The translations under genes were made by a program, and so were the position numbers. From the human T2T-CHM13v2.0 reference genome, Homo sapiens: a DNA stretch of 64,000 nt. The DNA is taken from the NCBI RefSeq assembly GCF_009914755.1, contig NC_060929.1. One strand, 5' to 3'. Under the pieces are notes generated by a model. That model saw only the letters and a list, made by a program, of their open reading frames with translations, searched no databases and was not told the DNA's origin. This document shows positions 1 through 11,597 of this stretch, piece by piece. Numbering within the stretch: the first letter of the stretch is position 1; every line of letters starts with the position of its first letter.

Positions 1-1297
1 TGGAAATGTTGGAAATTCTGGGCCTCTGAAATAAGGATTGCTCAGAAAGTCGGTATTTTTTCCCACAACCAGAGGAACCACAGCTAACTGGCCCTTCTCT
101 ATCCAGACAGGACTGGTCCTATGTGGATTTTAGTGGCTGTTTTGGACCCCTCTGAGTCAAGGGCAGGAGGCCCTTCCCCCGGTCACATTGGCCTTTCCAG
201 GCCCTTCTCCTGCCCTGTGTCCTGTGGTGTGACAGTGATGACCATGTCCCTTTTGGAGCAAGTGTTGTGAGCTCAGGGATGGATTCAGGCTCAGCTTTGA
301 GATACTCAGCACAGGCTTTTAAAACCCACTCTGTCCTGGTAACATCACTTATGTATTCGGGCCTGGAGGAGCCTCAAGATTGCAGAGGTGAAATGTTTTG
401 TATTTTTTGTGTAATTTGTGCCATAAAGAACCACCAGGGTCTGAACGTCATAGCAAGAGGCAGAGTTCCTGATTCTCTGGGAATGTTGTTCTTAGGATGG
501 TTTACAGAAACACTTGCTGGAGGCAAGTAATTTCATCTGGCTATTTCAACGTGGTGAAGGACACAGCATTATTTTTAGACAACACCAGGTGCCATTAGCA
601 AACTGTATTTGCGTTAATCTTTTCCGCAGTGGGTGGGGATGGCCAGATGCACCCGGCTTCTGACTTACTCTTATGTCAGACTCACTTGGGGGGCTCTGAT
701 GCTTGGGAACAGAGATGGGCCTGGGACATAGGAGCCACTCCTTGTCCAGAATATTAAGTTCCCACCTTCAAGGGACTTTCTGAATTGGTAAATATGAAGC
801 ACCATGAAAAAAACGAATAGAAACATTTTCACATCTACTTAAGCTATAACTGGGAGCCACAGTGATGTGCTGCTGAGGCGAATCACCCCTTTGATTGCAG
901 TGCAGCCGTCTTTACAGCAGCCGACCGTGTCCGGACACCCAGTGTCTCTGTGCTCCGAGGCTGGGGAAAATAGGGTGCACCCAGCAAGTCCAAGTGGAGT
1001 CCACCTTTGCCTCTCCACCAGGCATTGCAGAAAACCTGCCGTGAGGCTGCTGCGCTGCCTGCCTGCATGGCCTAGTTCTCCCCCAGACTAAGCAGATTCC
1101 TTCAGTGCCATGTGCAGCAGAGAGGGAAGGTGGTGAGACGCGGGCTATGAAGCTGCTCAGTGCAGCTCTCGAGTCTCGTCCCACCCCACAGCTGCTGTCT
1201 GGTGGTGCGGCTCCAGCATGAGGGGCTGGTGTGAATCCCATGTCTCCATCAAGTTGAGTCCCAACCCCCATTCCCCAGGAGGCCCTGAAACATAAGC

Positions 1298-2435
1298 GGC
1301 CGGGTCTCACTCACTGTCCACTCCCCGGAGGCCCTGGGACACAGCAGGCCGGGTCCCACTCACTGTCCACTCCCCGGAGGCCCTGGAACACAGGAGGCCG
1401 GGTCCCACTCACTGTCCTCTCCCCGGAGGCCCTGGAACACAGGAGGCCGGGTCCCACTCACTGTCCACTCCCCAGAGGCCCTGGAACACAGGAGGCCGGG
1501 TCTCACTCACTGTCCTCTCCCCGGAGGCCCTGGGACACAGCAGGCCGGGTCCCACTCACTGTCCTCTCCCCGGAGGCCCTGGGACACAGCAAGCCGGGTC
1601 CCACTCACTGTCCACTCCCCAGAGGCCCTGGAACACAGGAGGCCGGGTCCCACTCACTATCCACTCCCCGGAGGCCCTGGAACACAGCAGGCCGGGTCTC
1701 ACTCACTGTCCACTCCCCGGAGGCCCTTGAACACAGCAGGCCGGGTCCCACTCACTGTCCTCTCCCCGGAGGCCCTGGGACACAGCAGGCCGGGTCCCAC
1801 TCACTGTCCACTCCCCAGAGGCCCTGGGACACAGCAGGCCGGGTCCCACTCACTGTCCACTCCCCGGAGGCCCTGGGACACAGCAGGCCGGGTCCCACTC
1901 ACTGTCCTCTCCCCGGAGGCCCTGGAACACAGCAGGCCGGGTCCCACTCACTGTCCACTCCCCAGAGGCCCTGGAACACAGGAGGCCGGGTCCCACTCAC
2001 TGTCCTCTCCCCGGAGGCCCTGGGACACAGGAGGCCGGGTCCCACTCACTGTCCACTCCCCAGAGGCCCTGGAACACAGCAGGCCGGGTCCCACTCACTG
2101 TCCTCTCCCCGGAGGCCCTGGGACACAGGAGGCCGGGTCCCACTCACTGTCCACTCCCCAGAGGCCCTGGAACACAGCAGGCCGGGTCCCACTCACTGTC
2201 CACTCCCCAGAGGCCCTGGAACACAGGAGGCCGGGTCCCACTCACTATCCACTCCCCGGAGGCCCTGGAACACAGGAGGCCGGGTCCCACTCACTATCCA
2301 CTCCCCGGAGGCCCTGGAACACAGGAGGCGGGTCCCACTCACTGTCCTCTCCCCGGAGGCCCTGGAACACAGCAGGCCGGGTCCCACTCAGTATACACTC
2401 CCCGGAGGCCCTGGGACACAGCAGGCCGGGTCTCA
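1298..2435. repeat. 49-bp GC-rich minisatellite (VNTR), ~23 copies
   Basis: Unit GCCGGGTCCCACTCACTGTCCACTCCCCGGAGGCCCTGGGACACAGCAG; CGGGTC recurs at 1301 and 1350 (period 49). A few binary variant sites are present. Confidence 0.97.
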
Positions 2436-2779
2436 ACTCCCTCGATCCTCTGCTTTCAGGGCCAGAGCCCGGAGTGAGGCCTCACCTCACCCACAGATCA
2501 ACCTGCCTGGCCCTGCCCCAGGAGACCTGCAGGGTCAGGGCCCCAGCCTCCCCATCCCTTCCTAAATGGCTTGTCACGGACTCCTTACCTTCCCTGGGTC
2601 TTCCCCGGGCCAGAGGCCCTTTAGGCTTGTCCTTTTATGGTCCAGTGTGTCTGGGTAGTGCCAAGGGCTGCTGAGATTGGACCTGAGGCAGCTCGGCATT
2701 TCAGAAGGAGTGTGACACGTGGAGTGGGGGACACCGGGGCTCCCTCCACACACGGACAGATGACCGTGAGGCATTCTCA

Positions 2780-2855
2780 TAGTGGGGCCTCAGTGTCCTC
2801 ATCTCTCAGAAGAGGGATTGATGACAAAGTCTCTAGGTCATTCCAGCCCCAATCT
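2780..2855. mobile_element. Degenerate MIR SINE fragment
   Basis: GGGCCTCAGTGTCCTCATCT resembles the MIR core as recalled; short and diverged. Confidence 0.45.
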
Positions 2856-3986
2856 CCCTCAGTGCTTTCCCAGGCCAGGGTCTTTGCTGGGGAACTGGGG
2901 AGCTGTGGGAAGGTGAGGAGCTGTGAAGAGAGGAGGCTGGGCTGGGGAGAGCTGCTGCAGGGAGAGGCTGAGCACAGGCCCCAGGAACAGCTTGGCCTGA
3001 CCTGATCCCAGCTCCACCACCCGCTCCGTCTTGGGCCTCACCTGTGTAACGTGCGGTGCTGAGAGTCAGTTCTCTTGAGTGCTGTTGTGAGAGTTAACTG
3101 AGGCGATGCGGGAGAGGAGCTCAACATAGGACCTCCATGGGGGAGCCCTTGATAACGTTATGGCTGTCATCAGGGAAAATCCATGTTTCCACTGCGGGGA
3201 GCAGAAAAGACGCCTCCAGGACACAAGGTGAGAAGAGATGCAAAGCAGGGGCCCCGGGATGTGCATCCAGAGGTCGGGAGGGTGATTTGTGGAGTCTGCC
3301 CCCCACGTTCCAAGCCACCCCAGGCAGAAGGCAGAGTGTGTGTGTACACGCGTGTTTGTGTCTTGCTTGTGTGCACAGGTGTTGTGTTTGTGGGTGTGTG
3401 CACACACTGTCTGTGGGGGCAGGGCAGGCCTGGGGAGTCGGGAAACGGATCCAGTTCCCATCCCACCTGTCCCACTGCACGGCTGCAGCCTCAGCCCTCA
3501 AACTGCAGAAAGTCTCCTGGCAGGTGTTTGTTCTTCTTTCTTTTTCCTTTGGCCCCATTTTTTTCCTTCTTTTTTGCTTTTCTTATCTTCTTCCCCATCA
3601 TTTTAACGATTTAGTCTCTCTCATATTTGTCTCCTTTTATAGTAAGAATACCTATTTGTAAAATACCACATAGGTTTTCCGAGGATGGCCCTGCCCAGTG
3701 TTCCAGTTCCCAAGACAAGAGTTCTTTTTCCTCTACCCTCGCCCCCGTGCCCTCTTCCTTCATGGCAACACTAGCACCACCATATTGGTAGTAAAAACTT
3801 CCACAAGTGCTTCCTCATTTGATCTTCCCAAAATCTGGGGACAGGACTGGTAGACAGTGGTGGTCACACCATCCTGCTGCACTGGGGGGTCCTGGGCCCA
3901 TCTGTCCCCTCCTTCAGACCTGCACAGGGCCTCCTCCTCTTCCACCTCATCCTCAGGTGCACTGGAGTCTGCAGAAAACCCTGGCT

Positions 3987-4115
3987 GCAGAGGGCGAGGC
4001 GGGAGGCGGCAGAGGGCGAGGCGGGAGGCGGCAGAGGGCGAGGCGGGAGGCGGCAGAGCGTGGGGTGAGGGGCGGCTGAGTGGCGGCAGAGGGCGAGGCG
4101 GGAGGCGGCAGAGGG
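3987..4115. repeat. 22-bp G-rich tandem repeat (~3 copies, an interruption, then 1 more)
   Basis: GCAGAGGGCGAGGCGGGAGGCG repeated. Confidence 0.9.
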
Positions 4116-4525
4116 TGAAGGCATCTTCCTGATGCTGAGCCTTCTCTGTGGCTTCTTAGCCTGCATTCCGCCCTCCCGGGAGAGAGACAAACCTCACAGG
4201 GTTTGCTGTGAAAACACCGGGTGGATGGTGGCCAGACCTCACACGGAGATAAAGGGCCCCAGAAAAGGAGCACATTTTGGGCAAGGGAGAACTCTAGTGC
4301 TTGCAAACGACTGAAACCCTGGCATGGCAAAGTGTTCTCTGGGCAGTGGACGGCGGCGTGGTGGCCATTTAAGCTGGTGTCAGCCTGAAACCTGGATCAG
4401 TTTCACTGTTAGGACATCTGTTACGTGGCACGCAGGCACCTCTAGGAGCCCAGAGAGGGCACTTGGAACATCCTGCTTCCAACTCATGATTATCCATAGA
4501 AGGGCTTTCTGCAGCGTAGGCGAAT

Positions 4526-4660
4526 CTTGATTTTCTCATTTCCAGACTTTGCTTGCTCCTCTGTCATTGAAGCTTGATTTTCTCATTTCCAACCTTTGCT
4601 TGCTCCTCTGTCATTGAAGCTTGATTTTCTCATTTCCAACCTTTGCTTGCTCCTCTGTCT
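4526..4660. repeat. 47-bp tandem repeat, ~3 copies
   Basis: CTTGATTTTCTCATTTCC starts at 4526, 4573 and 4620. Confidence 0.95.
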
Positions 4661-7600
4661 TTGTAACCCAGTGTGGCCTCATTTGGCACCACGGGGATGT
4701 ATAATGAGTATTCAGCCCACAGGAACATTGACAACATACCCACGCTCTCTGCTGCTCTTGTGGCTTTCATTCAAACAAGAACCAGTGGAGAAACCCTGAG
4801 GTAAGTGGTGGCCTCCCATAATTACAGGTGTGTTTCACGCTGCGGCATGTGGACCTTAAGTATTAACAGAAGTTGAAGATAAAGCCTGAAAGCCAACTCT
4901 GCTGAGAGGTAGAGGTCAGGGGCGGGTCTGGGTGTGAGCCCACCCGCTCACCTCCCTCACGCTCATCTGCAGTCTCCAGGCTTCATTCTCTGCCATGCCG
5001 CCTTCAACAGTATTTTTAAGAGTTTTCATTCTCATCAAAGGGGTGGAGATTAAATGGTGTCCTCACCCCAAAAGGTGCCCTGCCCTTACTGTTTGACCAC
5101 AGAGGGCTGCTGGGAGTAAGGAGGTCTGGCGTCGGCCATGGCAGTGAGTCAGAAGACACGGGGTCCCCGCTGGCTTTCCGAGTATCGGCTGCGACCCACT
5201 GAACTCAGCCATTGAGCAGCTCCTCTGTCCTGGGTGCAGGCATCGCACCCAGTGCTGCTGTGGAAACCTCTGTGCTAGGGACAGAAATAGGAGGAGGAGG
5301 AAGAGATGGGGGCTGGCTGGGAGACTCCATGGGAGAGGAGGCCTAGGAGGGACAGGGGTCAGGAGGTCTCCTCAGCAGAGCCTGCTGGCAGCGGGGGAAT
5401 TAGCCTACACCAGAAGTGGCAGGGCGCCACACGGACAGGTGGCGGATGGAGGATGCACTGGGCAATGTCTTAAAGCCCCAGTTAACTGGGGGTGTAGCGA
5501 GGAGCTGTGGAGGGTTGCCCCAGATGCAGAGTCGACACCGTCCTTCTGTATCTGTTCCCCTGTGCTTAGCGTCCTGTGTGACCCGGAGTGGATGCCCCAT
5601 GTGCATGACGATGCTGGGTAGGTCAGCCTCATGTGCTACAGGGTGAGTTGACTGGCAGAGCCTCCCGCAGGTGCCTGGGCAAGAGGGGACAGGGCTGATC
5701 TAATTAGGGCCAGGACCATTCATCACTGTCCCAGCATACCGTAGCCCCTGGGGATGCAGAGGGGAGGAAGAGGGCAGGAGAGAGGGTCAGAGGCTGTTGG
5801 TGTTACGGACAGAAGTGTGTGGCCCCAGCAGGTTGGGTCTGGCTCAGGGGAGCAGTAACAGCTGGAAAGAATAACAGCCCCTTTGAAACTGCCATCTGCA
5901 GACCTCCCTGGCTGGCTTGGGATGAGGCTGTGCAGGCAGGAAAGATGAGAGTCCGAGGAGGACTTTTCCTTTTTGTCCAGTGGGGACAGACACTGAGGGA
6001 ACTTCTTGTTCATAAGGAAGCGGCCGCAATCCAGTGACCAACTTTAAGGAGGATGCACACAGACAGGTGTCAGCATAACTTGCTTTACTCTGAAGGGTGG
6101 AAGTTCATTAGAGTGACTTGTGGTGGATTCAGCAGCATTAAAATGCCAATGAATTAAGGTAATAGCATGACACAGTTATTCATTTCTTGTTCACACAGTC
6201 GTGGCAGGTGTGCGGCCTGCAGGTGGCTCTTTCCTGTGGGCCATTTAGAGACCCAGGTCTCTTCCCGCCTGTGGCTCTGCCTTCCCCAGAGCCATGGCTT
6301 CTGTGTCCAGGTGAAAAGGGGAAGAGGGCATGGAGGAGGCACACCTGGGCCTCCCACAGGAGAGACCTGCGTCCCACAGCCGCATGACAGCAGGGGAGGC
6401 CGCAGGCCTGGCTGGACAACTCGCCGTTGCTGCCCAGCTGCCTTGCCGTGAAGTTCCCAAATCTGAAAGCCGTTCATCAAAAGTGCAGAATAATGTTCTG
6501 TACTTAAATGTGACTTTAGTTAATAATCTTTGCTTGTCTACTATTTAACTATCAGTAGACCAGAAAGATGTTTTTGGTCAAAAGTAGAAATCTAACCTGG
6601 TGTTTTGCATTACACATTAGCGTTCCTGTCTCATTTGTGTTGCTGTGGGGTGCTGGGATCTGCGTCACTGTGTCTCTGTGTCTGGGGGCGTGGAGACTGC
6701 TGGCCCCAGGACTTCTTTCCATTGCTCTATTAAAAATGCCTGACATTCCCAGAACACCACAGGGGTTTCTCACCCCTGTCATGGGTTTTCTAAAGGCTGA
6801 TTCCAGGCTGGGTCCAGGCACTTTTGTCCAGAGGCAAAGAGGCGGAAACTGCCAAGCCTCCCATGGCCCCATGGAGGCAGGAGGCCCCTCCCCGGGAGGC
6901 TCCAAGTGCCTCCCTGCCACCACCACCATTATGCAGCCTGAAGTGGGGACAGAGTCCCTGGTGTCGTCGGCCAGGCCCCCCAACTCTGGGCGCCTCAGAG
7001 AAGCCCCTCCAACCTAAGGGAGGAAGAAGGAGAACATCTGTGCGTCTCTGGTCTCTTGGCAGAGTCTTGCTTGTGTAAGACGCATCAGATCGGGAAACTC
7101 CAGGCACATCTTCCACGGCAGCTCGGGTGGCCTGGGAGCCTCCTCTGCCAACCCATTTCCTCTTGTCCTGTTGGCTGCCCTCAGGTTCTGTGAGTGGGCC
7201 CACCTCACCTGTGCCGGGAATTGGCATCCTGTCCCTCTGCATCTAGGGCTGCCTCGAGGTGGCTCTGTTCACCCTGGAGGAGGCCAATGCTTGGGGCTTT
7301 GTGTGAAGCCAGCAGCCTTGGGTGCTGCCCACTAGGGGGTGCGTGGGGGCTGAAAAGATGCCATCTCCAGGCTGCCTTGCGCTGACTGCTTTACCCCTAG
7401 CTGCCCTCCTTAGGCTGCCCTCCTTGACACTCCTCTGCTGATCACCATTTCTTACAGGGCAAAAGGTGGCAAAGCTGTGATGCCAGTCCCAGCAGGTTCC
7501 TGTTAGGAATCAGGGTTCCCAACTCAAACGCCAGTGTGGAGGCCCTGCCTCACGTCTGCCTGCTCAGCACCTCTCTTCTCCTCCATGACTTGCATTAATT

Positions 7601-8179
7601 AGGGATTGAATTTATATTCTAAAGCAGTTCTAAAGTTTTGGGTGCAATTTTTCCTAGTATATCTGGAATAGGTTACAGGGGGTTGCAGTTAGGTGTTGAA
7701 TACATGCCATTTTTTAAAAGATGACAGTGTAGGAGATGCCTAATGTATCAAAAGATTGGTCCATCCAAATAATGAAGATGAGATGGTTTATGGCAGAGAG
7801 GAGAGTGTGGATTAGGTGTGAAAAGAGTGAGGGTAAACCTGGATGGACTGGCCTCGGGTTAGTAAAGAAAGAAGGAAATGCAGCAGCCTATGACCAAGAC
7901 CAGCAGCAAACCCGGGGTCCTGCCACCCCAACAAGAGAACAGCAGGCCCTTGTAGTCTCAGGTGTGCCCACAGGGGTGGGCAGGGAGCCGTGCTGAGCAG
8001 GATTAAGGGGAGGGAGAGCCCTGGTTTCCGGGTGACCATCTCTCCCGTAATGCTGTGCACCGTGTGTGTTCTTTGCCCAGTGTCTAGATCCTTCTGAGGG
8101 CCCCTCTGTGGCTCCTGCCTTCTGGGCTGAAGGCAGTGGACGAGCTGTCAGCCTGCAGCATCTAGGATGAGTCTGCTGA

Positions 8180-8420
8180 GCAGTGTGGCCGCTCTATGGT
8201 GAGATGTACCGGGAGTGTAATGGACAGACAACGCTTCCAAGATCAGCATGAAAGTGCAAAATAGCTCAATAATTTATGTATCGATCAGGTGTTGATATGA
8301 CAGTATTTTCGTTATGTTGGGTTACATAAAATATATTTTTCAAGTTAATTTAACCGATTTATGTTTGCCTCTGTTTATCTTTTTAAGATGAGGCTGATAG
8401 AAACTTTCAGTGAGGTGCTT
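8180..8420. mobile_element. MER33-like hAT-Charlie DNA transposon remnant
   Basis: AT-rich island in GC-rich DNA; TTGGGTTACATAAAATATATT...TTAATTTAACC matches the MER33 interior as recalled. Confidence 0.6.
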
Positions 8421-8748
8421 TGGATTCTCTATCTAGACCCACACTCTTGGGGGAACGGGCTGCCCTGGCCAATCAGTCCAGATTGTGTACTTGGAGCTAG
8501 GTTGATTCCAGTGGTGACTTGGATGCTTTGTGCACACAGGACAGGTGTACTGCTCCTTATACAAAGCTGGAGACATCCGCGGGGGCGGCCCAGGAAGAAC
8601 CCTACAGGATGTGACCTGGGGGTGCCATCCTGGCCCTAACACCCATGACCCACCACAGCCTGGACCCCTGCAGCAGAAAATAAGTGAACACTGGGCTCCC
8701 CCACCCCATCCTGTAATAGTGAACACTGGGCCACCACGTCCTGTAGTA

Positions 8749-8943
8749 GAGGATATGGGGGGCACTAGGCTTTCACCCCATTCTCTAAGAGGATATGGGG
8801 GGCACTGGGCTTTCACCCCGTTCTCTAAGAGGATATGGGGGACACTGGGCTATCACCTCATTCTCTAAGAGGATATGGGGGGGCACTGGGCTTTTACCCC
8901 GTTCTCTAATAGGATATGGGGGGCACTGGGCTTTCACCCCTTC
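8749..8943. repeat. 40-bp tandem repeat, ~5 copies
   Basis: GAGGATATGGGGGGCACTGGGCTTTCACCCCGTTCTCTAA at 8749, 8789, 8829, 8869 and ~8910. Confidence 0.95.
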
Positions 8944-9431
8944 CTGCAGTGCGTATGAGGGGACATTCGCTGGATTCAGTGGACCTTCCTTACCTCCTGC
9001 ATCCCAGTGGCTCTATTCCTGGAGGGTTTTTTTCAACTTGATAAATAATTCACATTTGTCCATACAACAAAATGACACCGTGGCTGTGTTGTGGGATGGC
9101 ATACCTGGGTCCTGTGGATCTCCTCATGCTCCATTGAGCTTCTTTCTGTGGTGACAGCTGCCAGGTCAATGTGCAAGTCAATTCCAATATGTCTGCCTTT
9201 CTTCTCCATCCAGCCCCTTGTCCCCATTCCTCATCCATCTTTCCTCCCCATCATTTGCCTCATTTTGCTTCCTCCATTTTTCGCCTCCCACCACCTTTGC
9301 CCACTAGGGAACCTCTGTAGAGGCATCCCAAATCCACTAACAACCGTTTTGTTCTTGTGGAAGAACATACAGGACGCTTTACTTTCTATTCCTTTCCTGG
9401 GTTCTCAGCTCATGGGTCCCAAGGAGGGCCC

Positions 9432-9776
9432 CTGTGTCCTGTGTATCCGACTCCCATCTCCAGTGTGTTGCAGTGAAGTTTCTGTCACTGTGTGAAGGCA
9501 GCTGCAGGTTCCCAGTATTCTCCAGGGACCTTGTTTTATGTCATGTCCAATCTTTCCCTGTCACATGCTCCCACTGATATGTGTGCCCAGGGAGGAGGGG
9601 CACTGTGTCCTGTGTATCCGACTCCCATCTCCAGTGTGTTGCAGTGAAGTTTCTGTCACTGTGTGAAGGCAGCTGCAGGTTCCCAGTATTCTCCAGGGAC
9701 CTTGTTTTATGTCATGTCCAATCTTTCCCTGTCACATGCTCCCACTGATATGTGTGCCCAGGGAGGAGGGGCACTG
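9432..9776. repeat. Perfect 171-bp tandem duplication
   Basis: 9432-9602 and 9603-9773 read identical by eye; CTG continues to 9776. Confidence 0.95.
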
Positions 9777-11597
9777 GGTCTTGGTGAGTGCTGAAGACCC
9801 CACAGATCCTTGGTGTTGGCATGCTCTTCCCCCGGAGACCTACACATCCACTCTGTTTTCTTTCAGGACTTAGCACCTCCCGCCTCCAGCCTCCCTTTCT
9901 TGCATCCCACTTCTCAGATGCCTTCCTATCCCCCCTTTCTGCTCTTGGCCAAGCCCATCTTCCTGGAAAAACCTGGTCATGCCCAGCTGCACAGATGCGA
10001 GAACAAATGTGGCAGGTGCCCAGGCCTGCATCCGCGGCCGCACCAGGGTAACACGTAGGGCAGCCCCTACCCCTCATTCTGGGCTTCGTGGGCCACTGCT
10101 GACCACAGCTGGCTGTCCACCTGGGACGTGGCACTGCAGCTTTCCCAACCAGGGCCTCCTTTTACCTCGTTAACCCCCAGCCGGTCCCTTGGACCATGGC
10201 TCGCTCTCTCAGAAGATGGTCAACTGGCTTCCCCGCTGAGCGCAGCTGCACACTGTGTTGGTCATGGGTCACCGTGAAGCAGCTCTGTTTGCACCTCCAC
10301 TGACTGCACTGTCAGCACTGCGGACACAGCAGCGTCCTGCCCTCCGGAGCTTAAGCCCTAGTGGAGAAGCCAGATGCTACCCAGACAACCACAGTATTCA
10401 CATGCACTTACACCGTGACAAGTGCTCCCCACCCACAGCCTGTTGCAGCAGGTGCCTGGTCACAGAGCCCAGGGGAGGCTTCCTGGGGAAGGCTCTGGCT
10501 GAGTTCTGCAGGGAGCCGGAGCTGGATGGGGCAAGAGGGAACAGCCAGTGCCCAGGGTGAGGCTGGTCTCCCAGTTCCTTGACCTGCAGAACGGGGAGCA
10601 TGGCCCTTCATTCATGTCCATCCAGTGCGTCTTTCCCTTGCACTCCACTGAAGGCAGGGCTGGTGGCTTGGACTTTAGGATGGCGAGGAAACGTGTGTGG
10701 AAGTGAGAGATGGCTTACGGGGCCTCTTTCTGGTTTTTGAGTCTTTCAGGTGTGTTGAAGCCCAAACCACACAGCATCTGCCAGGCTGAGTGCAGGGTTG
10801 TTGTGCGCTGCAGTGTCTGACCCTCCCCGTCTGTCACTGGCCGGCTTGATGTGTGGAGCCGCAGAGAGGCTGCCCCGAAATAACTCACATTCCAGGGCAG
10901 GGTGGAATGTTTGCCTCCCTGTGCGGGTCTGCGTCTTGCTTTGTGCTGGGCTGCAACCCTGTGCATAATGAAATGAATATGAGCAGACTGTGCCCCAGGC
11001 TCCCACTGAGCTCCCTGGAGGGGTGATGGGTCTGCAGGATAAGAACAGGTAGATTTTTGCTGGCACTGTCTAGTTTTAACTGTTTTTGCCTGAGGAAAAA
11101 TCTTCAATTCACGTGCTTCATGATTATGGGGCTAGTGATCAAGGGGTTTGTTCCTACGTGTATCTCAGAAGAGGTGGGAAATTCACCTTAGAAACTTTTA
11201 TTTTAACATGTTTAATTTTTTTTTATCTTAGTGCTCTTGCAGTTTTCATGTTTGTTTAAATTGGAAATGCCAATGGTTTGAGGAAAAACATGTTAAGCCT
11301 GGAAGCAGAACTTCAGCAGATGCGGCTCTTTTCCTGTCTGTCTTTAGTGAGGCTTTGAGCTGCCTCGCACAAGCCGGTCAGTGATCCGGTCCTCGCCCAG
11401 GTTAAGGAGGGTCCTTGTGCGTTGCATGTGAGTTCCCCTCTCCGGTGTTGCTGGAGGGGATTTGCCGAATACTAAGTGTCATTCTTAAGCGTTACATGAA
11501 TTATTTAGTAATGCACAGTGTCTCTCAGTAACCGTGTGCAACTAATACTGTATGAATTCATGAGTATTTCTGGAACCAGGAGACTTTTTAAGATCAT

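Noticed and set aside
1727-2674. 315-aa ORF
   Set aside because: It is a translation of the 49-bp VNTR cycling through frames.
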